From NCBI GenBank assembly GCA_043797665.1, contig JAZDPL010000035.1, positions 1 to 41,022 of the forward strand: a stretch of DNA of 41,022 nucleotides. The letters run 5' to 3'. The notes below the pieces were generated by a model, which was not told the DNA's origin, did not search any database, and was given only the letters and a program-made list of their open reading frames with translations. The DNA comes from Candidatus Omnitrophota bacterium. Lineage in GTDB: Bacteria > Ratteibacteria > UBA8468 > MWAK01. Of the stretch, positions 19,042 through 28,978 are shown in pieces. The translations under genes and the position numbers were made by a program. How positions within the stretch are numbered: position 1 is the first letter of the stretch; every line of letters starts with the position of its first letter.

Positions 19042-20286
19042 ATGGTAAGAGAAATCATTATGCCCAAACTGGGCGAGACAATGGAAGAGGGTTACCTCAC
19101 CAAATGGTTTAAGGAAGAGGGTCAAAAGGTAGAAAAAGGTGAGGTTGTCTTCGAGGTAATGAGCGACAAGACTAACTTTGAGGTGGAATCGCCTTATTCC
19201 GGATACCTGCGCAAGATTATTGTTCCAGCCAGCGAGAATGCGATTCCGGTAACCTCCGTGGTAGGCTACCTGGCGGATGGGATGGACGAACCGGTGCCGA
19301 CAGTAACACCCCCACCTACACCCTCTTCTTCAGAAGAAAGTAGGGGCTCGATTCATCAAGCCCGCCCCGTAAAAGGCGATAGCCGCCTATACGGGGCCCG
19401 CGGGTCGGATAAATCCGACCCCTACATTACCGCCGAAAAACCTGGCGGCCCCATTATGGCTTCACCCCTGGCGAAAAAGATTGCCAAAGAATTAGGGGTT
19501 GACCTCGCTTCCGTCAAAGGGACAGGACCTGGCGGCAGGATTACGGAAAAGGACGTCCGTTCCGCTGTCAATGTAGCGATGCCCCTGAAACACGTTCAGG
19601 GTATCGCACCAAAAATAGAAGGCGTTACCAAAAAACGCCTTTCCCCTCTGCGCCAGATTATCGCGGAACGTTTAAGCAAGAGCAAGCGCGAAATACCCCA
19701 CTACTACCTCCGAAAGGTGCTGGACGTCTCCTCTCTGGCAGCCGGCCGGAAAAAGTTAAAGGCAGAAGGTCAGGATATTACCTACACCGACCTCTTGATT
19801 AAAGTGGTCGCGGATACCCTGATGGAATTTCCGGAGATGAACGCTACTTATGAGAATAACGAATTGACCGTTTATCCGGAAGTCAACCTGGGTCTGGCGA
19901 TCGCCCGTCCGGAAGGACTTATCGTACCTGTCCTGAAAGGCGTTAACCGGAAAACCCTGCCTGAGATTACCAGGGAACGAAAACGTCTGGTTGAAACCGC
20001 CCGGCAGGATAAATTAGCCAAAGAAGATTTAGAGGGCGGCACCTTTACCCTTTCCAACTTAGGCTTATACGAAATTGACGCCTTCTCGGCCATCATCTAC
20101 CAGCCTCAGGTAGCGATTCTGGCAATCGGCGCCATCAAAGATGGTGTATCTGCCAGCGGCAACAGTCTGGCAATCAAACCTCTGGTAGAGGTTACGTTAT
20201 CCTGCGACCACCGGGTCGTTGACGGTTCCTACAGCGCTCAGTTCCTTCAGAAGTTGCAGGAAAAAATCAACACTATGTCATTCTGA
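19042..20286 (+). CDS. Dihydrolipoamide acyltransferase E2 with a single lipoyl domain
   Basis: MPKLG..MEEG, lipoyl site SDKT, PSBD ASPLAKKIA..GTGPGGRI, catalytic DHRVVDG. Confidence 0.93.
   Translation: MVREIIMPKLGETMEEGYLTKWFKEEGQKVEKGEVVFEVMSDKTNFEVESPYSGYLRKIIVPASENAIPVTSVVGYLADGMDEPVPTVTPPPTPSSSEESRGSIHQARPVKGDSRLYGARGSDKSDPYITAEKPGGPIMASPLAKKIAKELGVDLASVKGTGPGGRITEKDVRSAVNVAMPLKHVQGIAPKIEGVTKKRLSPLRQIIAERLSKSKREIPHYYLRKVLDVSSLAAGRKKLKAEGQDITYTDLLIKVVADTLMEFPEMNATYENNELTVYPEVNLGLAIARPEGLIVPVLKGVNRKTLPEITRERKRLVETARQDKLAKEDLEGGTFTLSNLGLYEIDAFSAIIYQPQVAILAIGAIKDGVSASGNSLAIKPLVEVTLSCDHRVVDGSYSAQFLQKLQEKINTMSF
19340..19425 (+). repeat. GTAG REP doublet with a nested 36-bp hairpin, in frame in E2 linker 1
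   Basis: 50-bp doublet plus GCCCCGTAAAAGGCGATAGCCGCCTATACGGGGCCC; encodes SRGSIHQARPVKGDSRLYGARGSDKSDPY. Confidence 0.9.
19573..19610 (+). repeat. GTAG-headed hairpin in frame in E2 linker 2
   Basis: GTAGCGATGCCCCTGAAACACGTTCAGGGTATCGCACC; encodes VAMPLKHVQGIAP. Confidence 0.65.
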
Positions 20287-20302
20287 GCGGAGCGAAGAAT
20301 CT
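20276..20302 (+). repeat. TGTCATTCTGA-type REP supplying the E2 stop codon
   Basis: TGTCATTCTGAGCGGAGCGAAGAATCT. Confidence 0.85.
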
Positions 20303-20328
20303 AATTCGAACGCATTAAATATTTTGAT

Positions 20329-20378
20329 GTAGGGGTCGGATTTATCCGACCCGCGGGCTTGATAAATCAAGCCCCTAC
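20329..20378. repeat. 50-bp GTAG REP doublet
   Basis: One mismatch to the 5685-5734 copy. Confidence 0.9.
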
Positions 20379-20396
20379 AAGTGATGACAGACACCT

Positions 20397-21071
20397 ATGT
20401 TTCGGATAATTAAAGAGGATATTCAGAGCGTCTTCAGCCGGGACCCGGCCGCGCGCAATATCTTAGAGGTAATTCTATGCTACCCGGGCCTGCACGCCAT
20501 CTGGCTCTACCGGATTAGTCATTTCTTCTGGTGTACCGGCTCCAAAACCTTTGCCCGACTCATCTCACACAAGAGTCGATTCCTCACCGGCATAGAAATC
20601 CATCCGGGTGCCAGAATTGGCAAACGATTCTTCATTGACCACGGAATGGGTGTGGTCATCGGTGAAACGACGGAGATCGGCGACGACGTTCTCCTCTACC
20701 AGGGCGCGGTCCTGGGAGGGACCGCTCTGGAGAAGAAAAAACGCCATCCCACCCTGGGCAACAGGGTTGTGGTAGGCACCGGCGCCAAGGTTTTAGGCCC
20801 GATTACAATAGGGGACGATGCGATGATTGGCGCCGGTTCAGTGGTGGTCAAAGACGTACCGGCCGGTGCCACCGTGGTAGGCGTACCCGGCAGAATAGTG
20901 GAAGAGCACCGCAAAATCAGCCTTGCCCTGGAACACGGAAAACTCCCCGACCCCTTTGCGGAACCCCTGCGCATCCTTTTCCAGGAATGTTCAAAACTCA
21001 ACGAACGTATCCGGAAACTGGAAGAAGAGCTGAAAGCAAAAAAACTCCCTAATGCCGAAACGGATATTTAA
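20397..21071 (+). CDS. cysE: Serine O-acetyltransferase
   Basis: [44 protein letters not shown]. Confidence 0.96.
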   Translation: MFRIIKEDIQSVFSRDPAARNILEVILCYPGLHAIWLYRISHFFWCTGSKTFARLISHKSRFLTGIEIHPGARIGKRFFIDHGMGVVIGETTEIGDDVLLYQGAVLGGTALEKKKRHPTLGNRVVVGTGAKVLGPITIGDDAMIGAGSVVVKDVPAGATVVGVPGRIVEEHRKISLALEHGKLPDPFAEPLRILFQECSKLNERIRKLEEELKAKKLPNAETDI

Positions 21072-21693
21072 GATAGGACTGGTATTATTGATACTTTTCC
21101 GGGCAAGCCTTACCTATGCGGAAACCTATAAAGTAAAACCGGGTGACACCCTGGGCAAGGTTGCGCAAAAGTACCACGTCAGCGTCAAACAACTAAAGAC
21201 CTGGAATAAGATAAAAGGTGACAAGGTTTATGTTGGTCAGCGCCTGAAGATTCGACCGGATAAAGGCTACGTTACCAAAAAAGATTACTATGTGGTAAAA
21301 AAAGGTGATAGCCTCTCCGGTATCGCCCATAAAACCCACACCACCACCGCAAATTTAAAAAAGATTAACCATCTCAAAAGCGATATTATTCAACCGGGTC
21401 GGCGCCTCTTAGTCCGGGTCCGTAAGGTTAAAAAGCACGGCAAGGGTTATGAGTCTGAAGCCTACCCGGACACGCCTCCCACTATTGAACCCACACCCAT
21501 CATTGAAGGCAATATCACCTTCTACACCGTAAAAGACGGTGAGACCCTGGAGAGTATCGCCAGCCAGTCCGGCCTCGAAATAGAGGAAATTTGTGAAGCC
21601 AACCTGATGCCGGAGGATACCGTAGTAAAGAAGGGCCAGATTCTGTCTATCCCCCAGCAAACCGAAGAGACCACCACCTCCGACACACATTAG
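21052..21693 (+). CDS. Secreted protein with three LysM domains and no catalytic domain
   Basis: Signal peptide, then [18 protein letters not shown] and YTVKDGETL repeats. Confidence 0.88.
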   Translation: MPKRIFKIGLVLLILFRASLTYAETYKVKPGDTLGKVAQKYHVSVKQLKTWNKIKGDKVYVGQRLKIRPDKGYVTKKDYYVVKKGDSLSGIAHKTHTTTANLKKINHLKSDIIQPGRRLLVRVRKVKKHGKGYESEAYPDTPPTIEPTPIIEGNITFYTVKDGETLESIASQSGLEIEEICEANLMPEDTVVKKGQILSIPQQTEETTTSDTH

Positions 21694-21768
21694 GAACAAT
21701 GTACCGAGTCCGCCAGACTCGACAAGGCGATTTGGACCAACCTTAAGGAGTTAGGGTATGGCGCATAA
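21694..21768 (+). pseudogene. hsdM: 3'-terminal relic of a type I R-M methyltransferase gene
   Basis: Translates EQCTESARLDKAIWTNLKELGYGA*, resembling the C-terminus of HsdM; overlaps the yhcG start. Confidence 0.65.
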
Positions 21769-22978
21769 AAATCAGCAGAAATCGAATAATCGACCCTCAA
21801 TTGTGCAGGCATCGCTTGCACAATTGCCATCAACTTACGCAGCAGTGCTGGAAGACATCAAATGCCGAATCCGCACGGCTCAAGTTAAAGCATCCCTTTC
21901 GGTAAACCGGGAATTGATCCGTCTCTATTGGGACGTCGGCAGGATTATCGTCGAAAGGCAACGGAACGAAGGCTGGGGTAAATCGGTAGTCGAGCGGCTC
22001 GCAACGGACATCCAGCAGGAATTTCCAGGCGTCAGCGGGTTCTCGCCCCAGAATATCTGGAAGATGCGCAGTTTCTACATCGCATGGACCGACCAAGTTC
22101 GAAATCTCTCACGGACTGTGAGAGAAATCCACAAACCACAAAATCTCTCACAACTTGTGAGAGAAATGGACGGACGGAACCTGCCGAATGCGGCGGCCGA
22201 AATTCCTTGGGGACATAATACGGAACTTATCTTCAAACTCAAAGACCCTGTTGAGCGCCTCTGGTATGCCCACCAAACCATCGCCAACGGCTGGTCGCGC
22301 TCCATGCTTCTGCATTGGATTGAATCAGGTCTGTACGCCCGCCAGGGTAAGGCCGTCACTAACTTTAAGGCTGTGCTTCCACAGCCCCAATCGGACCTGG
22401 CTGCCGAAGTAATCCGGGACCCCTACAATTTCGATTTTCTCACGCTCCGCACCGACGCCGCCGAACGGGAACTTGAAGAGGGACTGCTCGAACACATCCG
22501 CAAGTTCCTGTTGGAGTTGGGTGCTGGATTCGCCTTCGTGGGACGGCAGGTACCCATTGAGGTAGACGGCGAAGATTTCTACCTTGACCTGCTTTTCTAC
22601 CACCTGCGCCTACGGTGTTTCGTCGTCATTGATCTGAAGACTCGACCTTTCAAGCCCGAGTTTGCAGGTAAGATGAATTCCTACCTTTCGGCTGTGGACG
22701 ATTTGCTGCGACATCCGGACGACAAACCCTCCATTGGCATCATTCTCTGTAAGACCCGCAGCAAGGTTATAGCCGAATACGCTCTGCGCGACCTGGTAAA
22801 ACCCGTAGGTGTTGCCCGCTACGTGACTAAGTTGGTAGAAACTCTGCCCGATAATCTTAAAGATAATCTGCCGACCATCGAACAGATTGAGACGGAACTT
22901 GCCCGTTCGCCGAAGCCACGGGGTGGAAAGCAGAAGGTTGCACAAGAGGGGCGCGATGGTACTTCTAAAAAGCATTAG
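21758..22978 (+). CDS. yhcG: YhcG / DUF1016 PD-(D/E)XK nuclease-domain protein
   Basis: VNRELIRLYWDVG, WGKSVVERLA, GFSPQN, IPWGHN, RDPYNFDFL, ELGAGFAFVGRQ, DLLFYHLRLRC. Confidence 0.92.
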   Translation: MAHKNQQKSNNRPSIVQASLAQLPSTYAAVLEDIKCRIRTAQVKASLSVNRELIRLYWDVGRIIVERQRNEGWGKSVVERLATDIQQEFPGVSGFSPQNIWKMRSFYIAWTDQVRNLSRTVREIHKPQNLSQLVREMDGRNLPNAAAEIPWGHNTELIFKLKDPVERLWYAHQTIANGWSRSMLLHWIESGLYARQGKAVTNFKAVLPQPQSDLAAEVIRDPYNFDFLTLRTDAAERELEEGLLEHIRKFLLELGAGFAFVGRQVPIEVDGEDFYLDLLFYHLRLRCFVVIDLKTRPFKPEFAGKMNSYLSAVDDLLRHPDDKPSIGIILCKTRSKVIAEYALRDLVKPVGVARYVTKLVETLPDNLKDNLPTIEQIETELARSPKPRGGKQKVAQEGRDGTSKKH

Positions 22979-22999
22979 GTGGGCTTATTTTATCGTCAT

Positions 23000-24019
23000 A
23001 TGAAGTACTTTACCCTGCGGTGGACCGGTGAAGCGTTGCGCATCCTGGACCAGAGCCGTTTGCCCGGCGAAACCGTTTATCTTAACCTGAGGAGTGCGGA
23101 AGAAATCCGGGAAGCGATTCGGAGTCTACGGGTCCGGGGGGCGCCAGCCTTAGGCGTGGCGGCAGCCTACGGCCTCTATTTGGGAATGAGGAACGATACC
23201 TCCAAAGATTTGCCCCAATTTTTAGCCCGCCTGAAAAAAGTCCGCGCCTATTTGGAAACCAGCCGGCCTACTGCGGTTAACCTCTTCCATGCCTTGCGCC
23301 GGATGGAAGAAAATTGTCAGAAATTTAAAGGATGTTCGGTATCCAAAGTCAAGGCTTTCGTATTGAAAGAGGCTCAGCAACTGCACAAAGAAGACGAAAC
23401 ACTCTGCAAAAAGATTGCGGATTTCGGGAACGACCTCATCCCGAAGCAGGCAACCATCCTGACACACTGCAACGCCGGTGCCTTAGCCACCGCAGGTATG
23501 GGAACCGCCTTAGCCATAATCTTCCGAGCCAAAGAAAAAGGCAAAAAACTCTCAGTTTTTGCCGATGAGACCAGACCCCTCCTTCAGGGAAGCAGACTGA
23601 CGGTATGGGAACTCCAACAACGCGGGATTAAATCTACCCTAATCTGCGATAACATGGCCGGCTGGGTAATGAAAAAGAAGAGAATTGACCTGGTCCTGGT
23701 CGGTGCGGACCGAATCGCAGCCAACGGTGATACCGCCAACAAAATTGGTACCTATTCCGTAGCAATCCTTGCCCGGCATCATAAGATACCCTTTTACGTC
23801 GCGGCGCCGATGACCACTTTTGACCTCTCCCTTCCGGACGGAAAGGGTATCCCGATTGAGGAAAGGCCGGAAGAAGAGGTTACCTGTATCGCGGGGAAGA
23901 GAATCTCACCCGGTGGCATCAAGGCTTACAACCCTGCCTTTGACGTGACACCCGCGGAACTGATTACCGCCTTCGTCACCGACCAGGGCATACTTCGTCC
24001 TCCATTTCGTTCAGAATGA
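23000..24019 (+). CDS. mtnA: S-methyl-5-thioribose-1-phosphate isomerase
   Basis: LDQSRLP, VRGAPALG, RPTAVNL, THCNAGALAT, ETRPLLQGSRLT, GADRI, NKIGTY, NPAFDVTP; start at ATG 23000. Confidence 0.96.
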   Translation: MKYFTLRWTGEALRILDQSRLPGETVYLNLRSAEEIREAIRSLRVRGAPALGVAAAYGLYLGMRNDTSKDLPQFLARLKKVRAYLETSRPTAVNLFHALRRMEENCQKFKGCSVSKVKAFVLKEAQQLHKEDETLCKKIADFGNDLIPKQATILTHCNAGALATAGMGTALAIIFRAKEKGKKLSVFADETRPLLQGSRLTVWELQQRGIKSTLICDNMAGWVMKKKRIDLVLVGADRIAANGDTANKIGTYSVAILARHHKIPFYVAAPMTTFDLSLPDGKGIPIEERPEEEVTCIAGKRISPGGIKAYNPAFDVTPAELITAFVTDQGILRPPFRSE

Positions 24020-24068
24020 CAAATAATATCGGAAGAACACACGTTAAACCTATAAACTGGAGAGGTTC

Positions 24069-24995
24069 ATGACGGGAAGAGAACGTTTTTATACCACGCT
24101 GAAATTCATTGAACCGGACCGGCCACCCCATTTTGAAGCCATGTTTGAGCTGGAGCGCGAGGCGTTCGGTCTTTCCTTCCCCGACCGGAACAGTTGGGCA
24201 GGTTGCACAGCGGAAGAAAAGAAGCGCAAGATTGCCGTTTGCTGTGAAATCTATGAGCGTATCGTTGAGCGTTTTCAATGGGATGCGCTCGTTGTTTACT
24301 GTCCGTGGAGCGACCCTGACGGGGTTGCCGCCGTTAAAAAGACGTTCGGCGACCGGATTGCCATCGGCGGGATGGTCGGCGAGGCAGTCCATTCCATAGA
24401 CACCACTACGGATTGGATGGCGTTTGCAGGTAACCTTGCGGAAAATCGGAAGGTTATTCACCAAGAGGCGGAGAAACGCTGTTGTGCCGCCATGGACCAT
24501 ATTGCCGGAATGGTCGATGCGGGCGCCGATTTTCTCTTCATCGCCAGTGACGTCGCTTTCAATGGAGGGCCGTTTGTGTCACCGGCTGATTTCAAGGAGA
24601 TTGTGACGCCATACCTGGCGCGGGTGATTGATAAGGTTAGAGAAAAAAACGCTATAGCTATTCTCCACAGTGACGGGGACCTGATGCCGGTTCTGGACCA
24701 GATACTTGACTGCAAGCCCCACGTCCTTATGTCCATTGACCCGATGGCCGGGATGGATATCGCAGAGGTAAAAAAGATTACCTGCGGAAAGATGGCCCTG
24801 ATGGGCAACGTCCAGTGCAGCCTGCTGCAGGACGGTCCTGAAGAGGCAATCCGCGCCTCCGTTCTCTACTGTCTGGAATACGCATCACCGGGCGGAGGAT
24901 ACATCTTTTCCACCTCCAACACGGTCTTTCCCGGCATGCCGCTGGAGAACTACGAATACATGCTTGCGGTTTATCGGGAGTTTTGCAGAAAATAA
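24069..24995 (+). CDS. Uroporphyrinogen decarboxylase / MtaA-like TIM-barrel protein
   Basis: MTGRER..EPDRPP start, SDVAFNGGPFVSP, LHSDG, LMGNV, GGYIFSTSN..PLENY. Confidence 0.85.
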   Translation: MTGRERFYTTLKFIEPDRPPHFEAMFELEREAFGLSFPDRNSWAGCTAEEKKRKIAVCCEIYERIVERFQWDALVVYCPWSDPDGVAAVKKTFGDRIAIGGMVGEAVHSIDTTTDWMAFAGNLAENRKVIHQEAEKRCCAAMDHIAGMVDAGADFLFIASDVAFNGGPFVSPADFKEIVTPYLARVIDKVREKNAIAILHSDGDLMPVLDQILDCKPHVLMSIDPMAGMDIAEVKKITCGKMALMGNVQCSLLQDGPEEAIRASVLYCLEYASPGGGYIFSTSNTVFPGMPLENYEYMLAVYREFCRK

Positions 24996-25001
24996 GAGAT
25001 A

Positions 25002-26123
25002 ATGAATTACACACCGAAACAGCGGATGTTAAACGCCTACCGGGGCATCTTTTCCGACCGGTACCCGGTGGCGCCGGAATTCTGGTATTATTATCCGGCC
25101 AGGGTAATGAACGTAGACATGGTTCAGTTTGAGAAAGAAATCCCTTTTTGGAAAGCACTGCTTATTACTTTTAAGAAATACGGGGCCGAAGGGTGGGGGA
25201 TTGTATCTCCCGTTTCCCGCTTACCATTTCCCATCAAATCTTCTTTTGAGAAGATTTCAGAATCTCAATACCGTCAAACCGACACGGTTTCTATCGGTGG
25301 CAAGGAATTCAGCAGTACCATTATCTACGACCGGAAAGAGCCGTCCTGGCTGACGGAGTCTCCGGTAAAAGATGAAGCAGACGTCCTCCCTTATGTCGAC
25401 ATGCTCTTATCTCCGGAAACCACCTTTGACTTTAAACCGGCCGTGGAAGCCCACAACGCAGTCGGCGAGGATTATCTTTTGGAATTATGGCTGGGCGTGC
25501 CCTTTTTTGATTTTATCGCGGGTTTTATGGGTTTTGAAAAAGCCGCGATGTATTTTGCCGACCAGGACGCGGCGGCGCTCCGGGACATCCGGGACCGGTA
25601 TATTGAATCCCGATTGGAATACATACAAAAGGCCTGCAGTCAGACAAAGTTTGAATCCTTCTTTGTCGGATGCGGTTACTCCAACAACTCCCTTATCGGA
25701 CCGCGGATGTGGCGCCGGTGGGATAAACCCTATCTGGCGGCTGTCGCAACGGAACTGCATAAACATGGCAGGCTGTTGCATGTCCATATTCACGGGAAGT
25801 GCCTGGAGACGGTGCAGGAGTTCGCTGAAATCGGCCTGGATTGCGTCTGTCCGTTTGAGAGACCGCCCGGCGGCGACGTGGATGGGCTTGACGGTTTGAA
25901 GAAGGTGCGCGCGGCTTTAGCCGGTAAGGTCACCGTGAACGGAAACGTCCATACAGTTGAGACGCTGATTCGCGGAAGACCGGAAAAAGTACGGGCTGAA
26001 GTGCAGGAGATAAAGGCGGCGTTTGCCGGTGAACCGCGTCTTATTATCGGGACCGGCGACCAGGTAGGGAGAGAAACGCCGGAAGAAAACATTCTGGCTA
26101 TGATTGCGGAAGCAAAAGCCTGA
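25002..26123 (+). CDS. Uroporphyrinogen decarboxylase / MtaA-like TIM-barrel protein
   Basis: TPKQRM..DRYPVAP, HVHIHG, FERPPGGD, VNGNV, IIGTGDQ..TPEENI. Confidence 0.82.
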   Translation: MNYTPKQRMLNAYRGIFSDRYPVAPEFWYYYPARVMNVDMVQFEKEIPFWKALLITFKKYGAEGWGIVSPVSRLPFPIKSSFEKISESQYRQTDTVSIGGKEFSSTIIYDRKEPSWLTESPVKDEADVLPYVDMLLSPETTFDFKPAVEAHNAVGEDYLLELWLGVPFFDFIAGFMGFEKAAMYFADQDAAALRDIRDRYIESRLEYIQKACSQTKFESFFVGCGYSNNSLIGPRMWRRWDKPYLAAVATELHKHGRLLHVHIHGKCLETVQEFAEIGLDCVCPFERPPGGDVDGLDGLKKVRAALAGKVTVNGNVHTVETLIRGRPEKVRAEVQEIKAAFAGEPRLIIGTGDQVGRETPEENILAMIAEAKA

Positions 26124-26149
26124 AAACGCAAAAAAAGGAAGAGGGCATT

Positions 26150-27253
26150 ATGATAGACCACACATTCGTTCTGAACCTGCTGAAGACCCTTGTTAACATC
26201 AGAAGCGTCAGCGGCGAAGAACAAGAGATTATGTTATATCTGGAGAAGGAACTGAAATCCTGGGGGGTGAAGACGAAAAGGTTCCAGGCCAGAGATAAAC
26301 GGTTTAACCTCTTAGCCCGGTATGGTGAAGGTCAACCAGTTTTCTGTCTCAACAGCCATGCGGATACGGTGCCTCCAAGCGGAATTTCCGTTCCTTATGC
26401 TGAATCTAAAAACGGGATTCTATATGGTTTAGGCGCCTGTGATGCCAAGTCATCTTTAGCGGCGATGATGGCTGCGTTCAGAAACCAGGTTGCCGCCGGG
26501 GAAAGATTGAACGGCACCCTTGACCTTCTGATTTCCGTTGACGAAGAGAGAAAAAACAAAGGAGTCCATTCCGTCATAAAACAGGGCTATCAATGCCGCT
26601 ATGCCATCGTCGGTGAGCCAACCAGTCTGGAGATAATATCGCACCATATGGGCCAGATATTTCTGGAACTCCGCGCCAGAGGCAGAGCCGCCCACAGTTC
26701 TTCCCCCTGGAAAGGTATCAATGCCGTTGATGAGTTGATAGATGTCGTCAATTCAATACGCCGCAGGGTTGAAGATGGCAACATCTTTCCCGGTATCGGC
26801 AAACAATCTCTGAACCTGGGGGCAATCAGGGGCGGGGATGTCGCCAACCGGGTGCCGGATTCCTGCCGGGCTTTAATTGATATCCGTATTCTGCCGGGCA
26901 GGTCTGCCGCGGATATCCTATCCCGGACGGATGCCCTCTTTAAGGGAAACAAAAATGTTTCCTGCAAAGTTTTGAGAAAGACCGAGCCGATGAAGCCGAA
27001 TAAAAATCCGTCTTTTATAAATCTGATTAAAAGCCAGGCAAGAAAAATCACGGGCCGGGGGGTAATTTCTAAAGGCACCAGATTCTGGACCGAGGCCGCT
27101 GATTTCCGGAATGAACTGGATGCAGAGACCGCGGTCCTGGGGCCGGGAAATATCAGGCAGGCACATTCGGAAAATGAATTCGTTAAACTAACGCAGGTTT
27201 TTCAGGCCGCCGAAATATATTCTTCGACGGCCCGGCGTCTCCTGTCACGATAA
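26150..27253 (+). CDS. M20-family amidohydrolase (ArgE/DapE-like)
   Basis: SHADTV, GACDAK, VDEE, VGEPT, AAHSS..G.NA, AHSENE. Confidence 0.9.
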   Translation: MIDHTFVLNLLKTLVNIRSVSGEEQEIMLYLEKELKSWGVKTKRFQARDKRFNLLARYGEGQPVFCLNSHADTVPPSGISVPYAESKNGILYGLGACDAKSSLAAMMAAFRNQVAAGERLNGTLDLLISVDEERKNKGVHSVIKQGYQCRYAIVGEPTSLEIISHHMGQIFLELRARGRAAHSSSPWKGINAVDELIDVVNSIRRRVEDGNIFPGIGKQSLNLGAIRGGDVANRVPDSCRALIDIRILPGRSAADILSRTDALFKGNKNVSCKVLRKTEPMKPNKNPSFINLIKSQARKITGRGVISKGTRFWTEAADFRNELDAETAVLGPGNIRQAHSENEFVKLTQVFQAAEIYSSTARRLLSR

Positions 27254-27354
27254 TCCCTTTTTACCCCCCACCTCAGAAGAGCCAATTCGTAAATTGAAAA
27301 ATCAAACGGTTTTATCCGGCCGGTCCATCTTAGCTCTCCGCTCCGATATGCCTG

Positions 27355-27384
27355 TTGACAGAAAGTTTGGTAATTTGGTAATAT
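27355..27384 (+). promoter_or_regulatory. sigma70-type promoter for the nifS operon, near-leaderless
   Basis: TTGACA-18 bp-TAATAT with a TG extension; ATG 8 nt downstream. Confidence 0.55.
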
Positions 27385-27392
27385 GGTCAAGG

Positions 27393-28568
27393 ATGGAACG
27401 GATATATTTAGATTATGCGGCGACCACACCCACCCATCCGGAAGTGGTAAAGGCGATGGAGCCCTACTTCACCGTGAAGTTCGGCAACCCTTCCAGCCTC
27501 TACTCTTTTGGACAGGAAGCCAGAGCTGCATTACAAGAGGCGCGGCAGAAGGCGGCGGATTTCATCGGCGCCAAACCGGAAGAGATTGTCTTTACTTCCG
27601 GCGGAAGCGAGAGCAACAATTTTGCCTTAAAAGGAATCGCTTTTGCCCTTAAAAATAAAGGGACCCGGATTATTACCAGCGCCATTGAACACCACGCCGT
27701 CAGCGAACCCGGTAAATTCCTTGCCAAACAGGGCTTTGAAATCGTTACCCTGCCGGTAGACAAAGACGGTCTGGTCAACCCGGATGAGGTCCGCAAGACA
27801 ATTAATGACCGGACGATTCTGGTCACCATTATGCACGCCAATAACGAAATCGGGACCATCCAGCCGGTTAAGGAAATTGGCAAAATCTGCCGGGAGAAAG
27901 GGGTACTCTTCCATACCGATGCGGTCCAGACCGTGGGACACCTGCCCACTTCCGTCACGGAACTGAACGTTGATTTGCTTTCCTGTTCCGGGCATAAGTT
28001 CTACGGACCAAAAGGCGTGGGGGTTCTCTACATACGGAAAGGAACAAGAATTATTCCTTTCATTCAGGGCGGTGACCAGGAACGAAGGTTCCGTGCCGGT
28101 ACGGAAAATACACCCGGTATCATCGGTTTAGGAAAGGCGATTAAAATTGCGGAATCTGAGATGGGAGAGGAAGCCAGCCGCCTGATTCACCTGCGTGACC
28201 GGCTCATCAAGACCTTATTGAAAAGAATCCCTGACTGCCGGCTCAACGGACACCCGGACAAACGCCTGCCCAACAACGTTAATCTATCCTTTGCTTACGT
28301 GGAAGGCGAATCCATGCTCCTTAACCTTGACCTGGAAGGGATTGCCGTCTCAACCGGTTCTGCCTGTACCAGCAGTAGTTTGGAGCCGTCTTCGGTCCTT
28401 CTGGCAATCGGTCTGCCGCCGGAGACCGCCCACGGTTCCATCCGTTTTACGTTAGGCAAGTGGACTTCGTCAGAAGAAATTGACCGGGTCCTTGAGGTTT
28501 TCCCGAAAATTGTCGCAAAACTGCGGCTGATGTCCCCGCTCTATCCCGGAGGTAAAAATAATGGCTGA
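27393..28568 (+). CDS. nifS: Cysteine desulfurase NifS/IscS
   Basis: YLDYAATT, GNPSS, IEHHAV, HTDAVQ, SGHKFYGPKG, STGSACTS; start at ATG 27393. Confidence 0.95.
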   Translation: MERIYLDYAATTPTHPEVVKAMEPYFTVKFGNPSSLYSFGQEARAALQEARQKAADFIGAKPEEIVFTSGGSESNNFALKGIAFALKNKGTRIITSAIEHHAVSEPGKFLAKQGFEIVTLPVDKDGLVNPDEVRKTINDRTILVTIMHANNEIGTIQPVKEIGKICREKGVLFHTDAVQTVGHLPTSVTELNVDLLSCSGHKFYGPKGVGVLYIRKGTRIIPFIQGGDQERRFRAGTENTPGIIGLGKAIKIAESEMGEEASRLIHLRDRLIKTLLKRIPDCRLNGHPDKRLPNNVNLSFAYVEGESMLLNLDLEGIAVSTGSACTSSSLEPSSVLLAIGLPPETAHGSIRFTLGKWTSSEEIDRVLEVFPKIVAKLRLMSPLYPGGKNNG

Positions 28569-28956
28569 GACGCCTCTTCCCTACAGCGAAAAGGTGATGG
28601 ACCATTTCCGCAACCCGCGTAACGTGGGTATGATGGAAAACCCGTCCGGCGTGGGTAAAGTGGGAAATCCCGTGTGTGGCGATATTATGGAGTTGTTTAT
28701 AAAAGTAGAAAGTGATATCATCACCGACGCCAAGTTCCGCACTTTTGGCTGCGGCGCGGCAATTGCAACCAGTTCCATGGTTACGGAACTGGTTAAAGGA
28801 AAGACCATGGAGGAAGCGCTCCGGATTTCCAACAAGGCGGTGGCTGAGGCTTTAGGAGGATTACCGGCCATCAAGATGCACTGCTCGGTTCTGGCGGAAG
28901 AAGCGCTCACGGCCGCCATCGAAGACTACAAAAACAAAACAATTCAAAATAGGTAA
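28561..28956 (+). CDS. nifU: Fe-S cluster scaffold NifU/IscU
   Basis: YSEKVMDHFRNPRNVG, NPVCGD, FGCGAAIA, KMHCS. Confidence 0.95.
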   Translation: MAETPLPYSEKVMDHFRNPRNVGMMENPSGVGKVGNPVCGDIMELFIKVESDIITDAKFRTFGCGAAIATSSMVTELVKGKTMEEALRISNKAVAEALGGLPAIKMHCSVLAEEALTAAIEDYKNKTIQNR

Positions 28957-28978
28957 CTTGATTTATGCCCACCTTACA

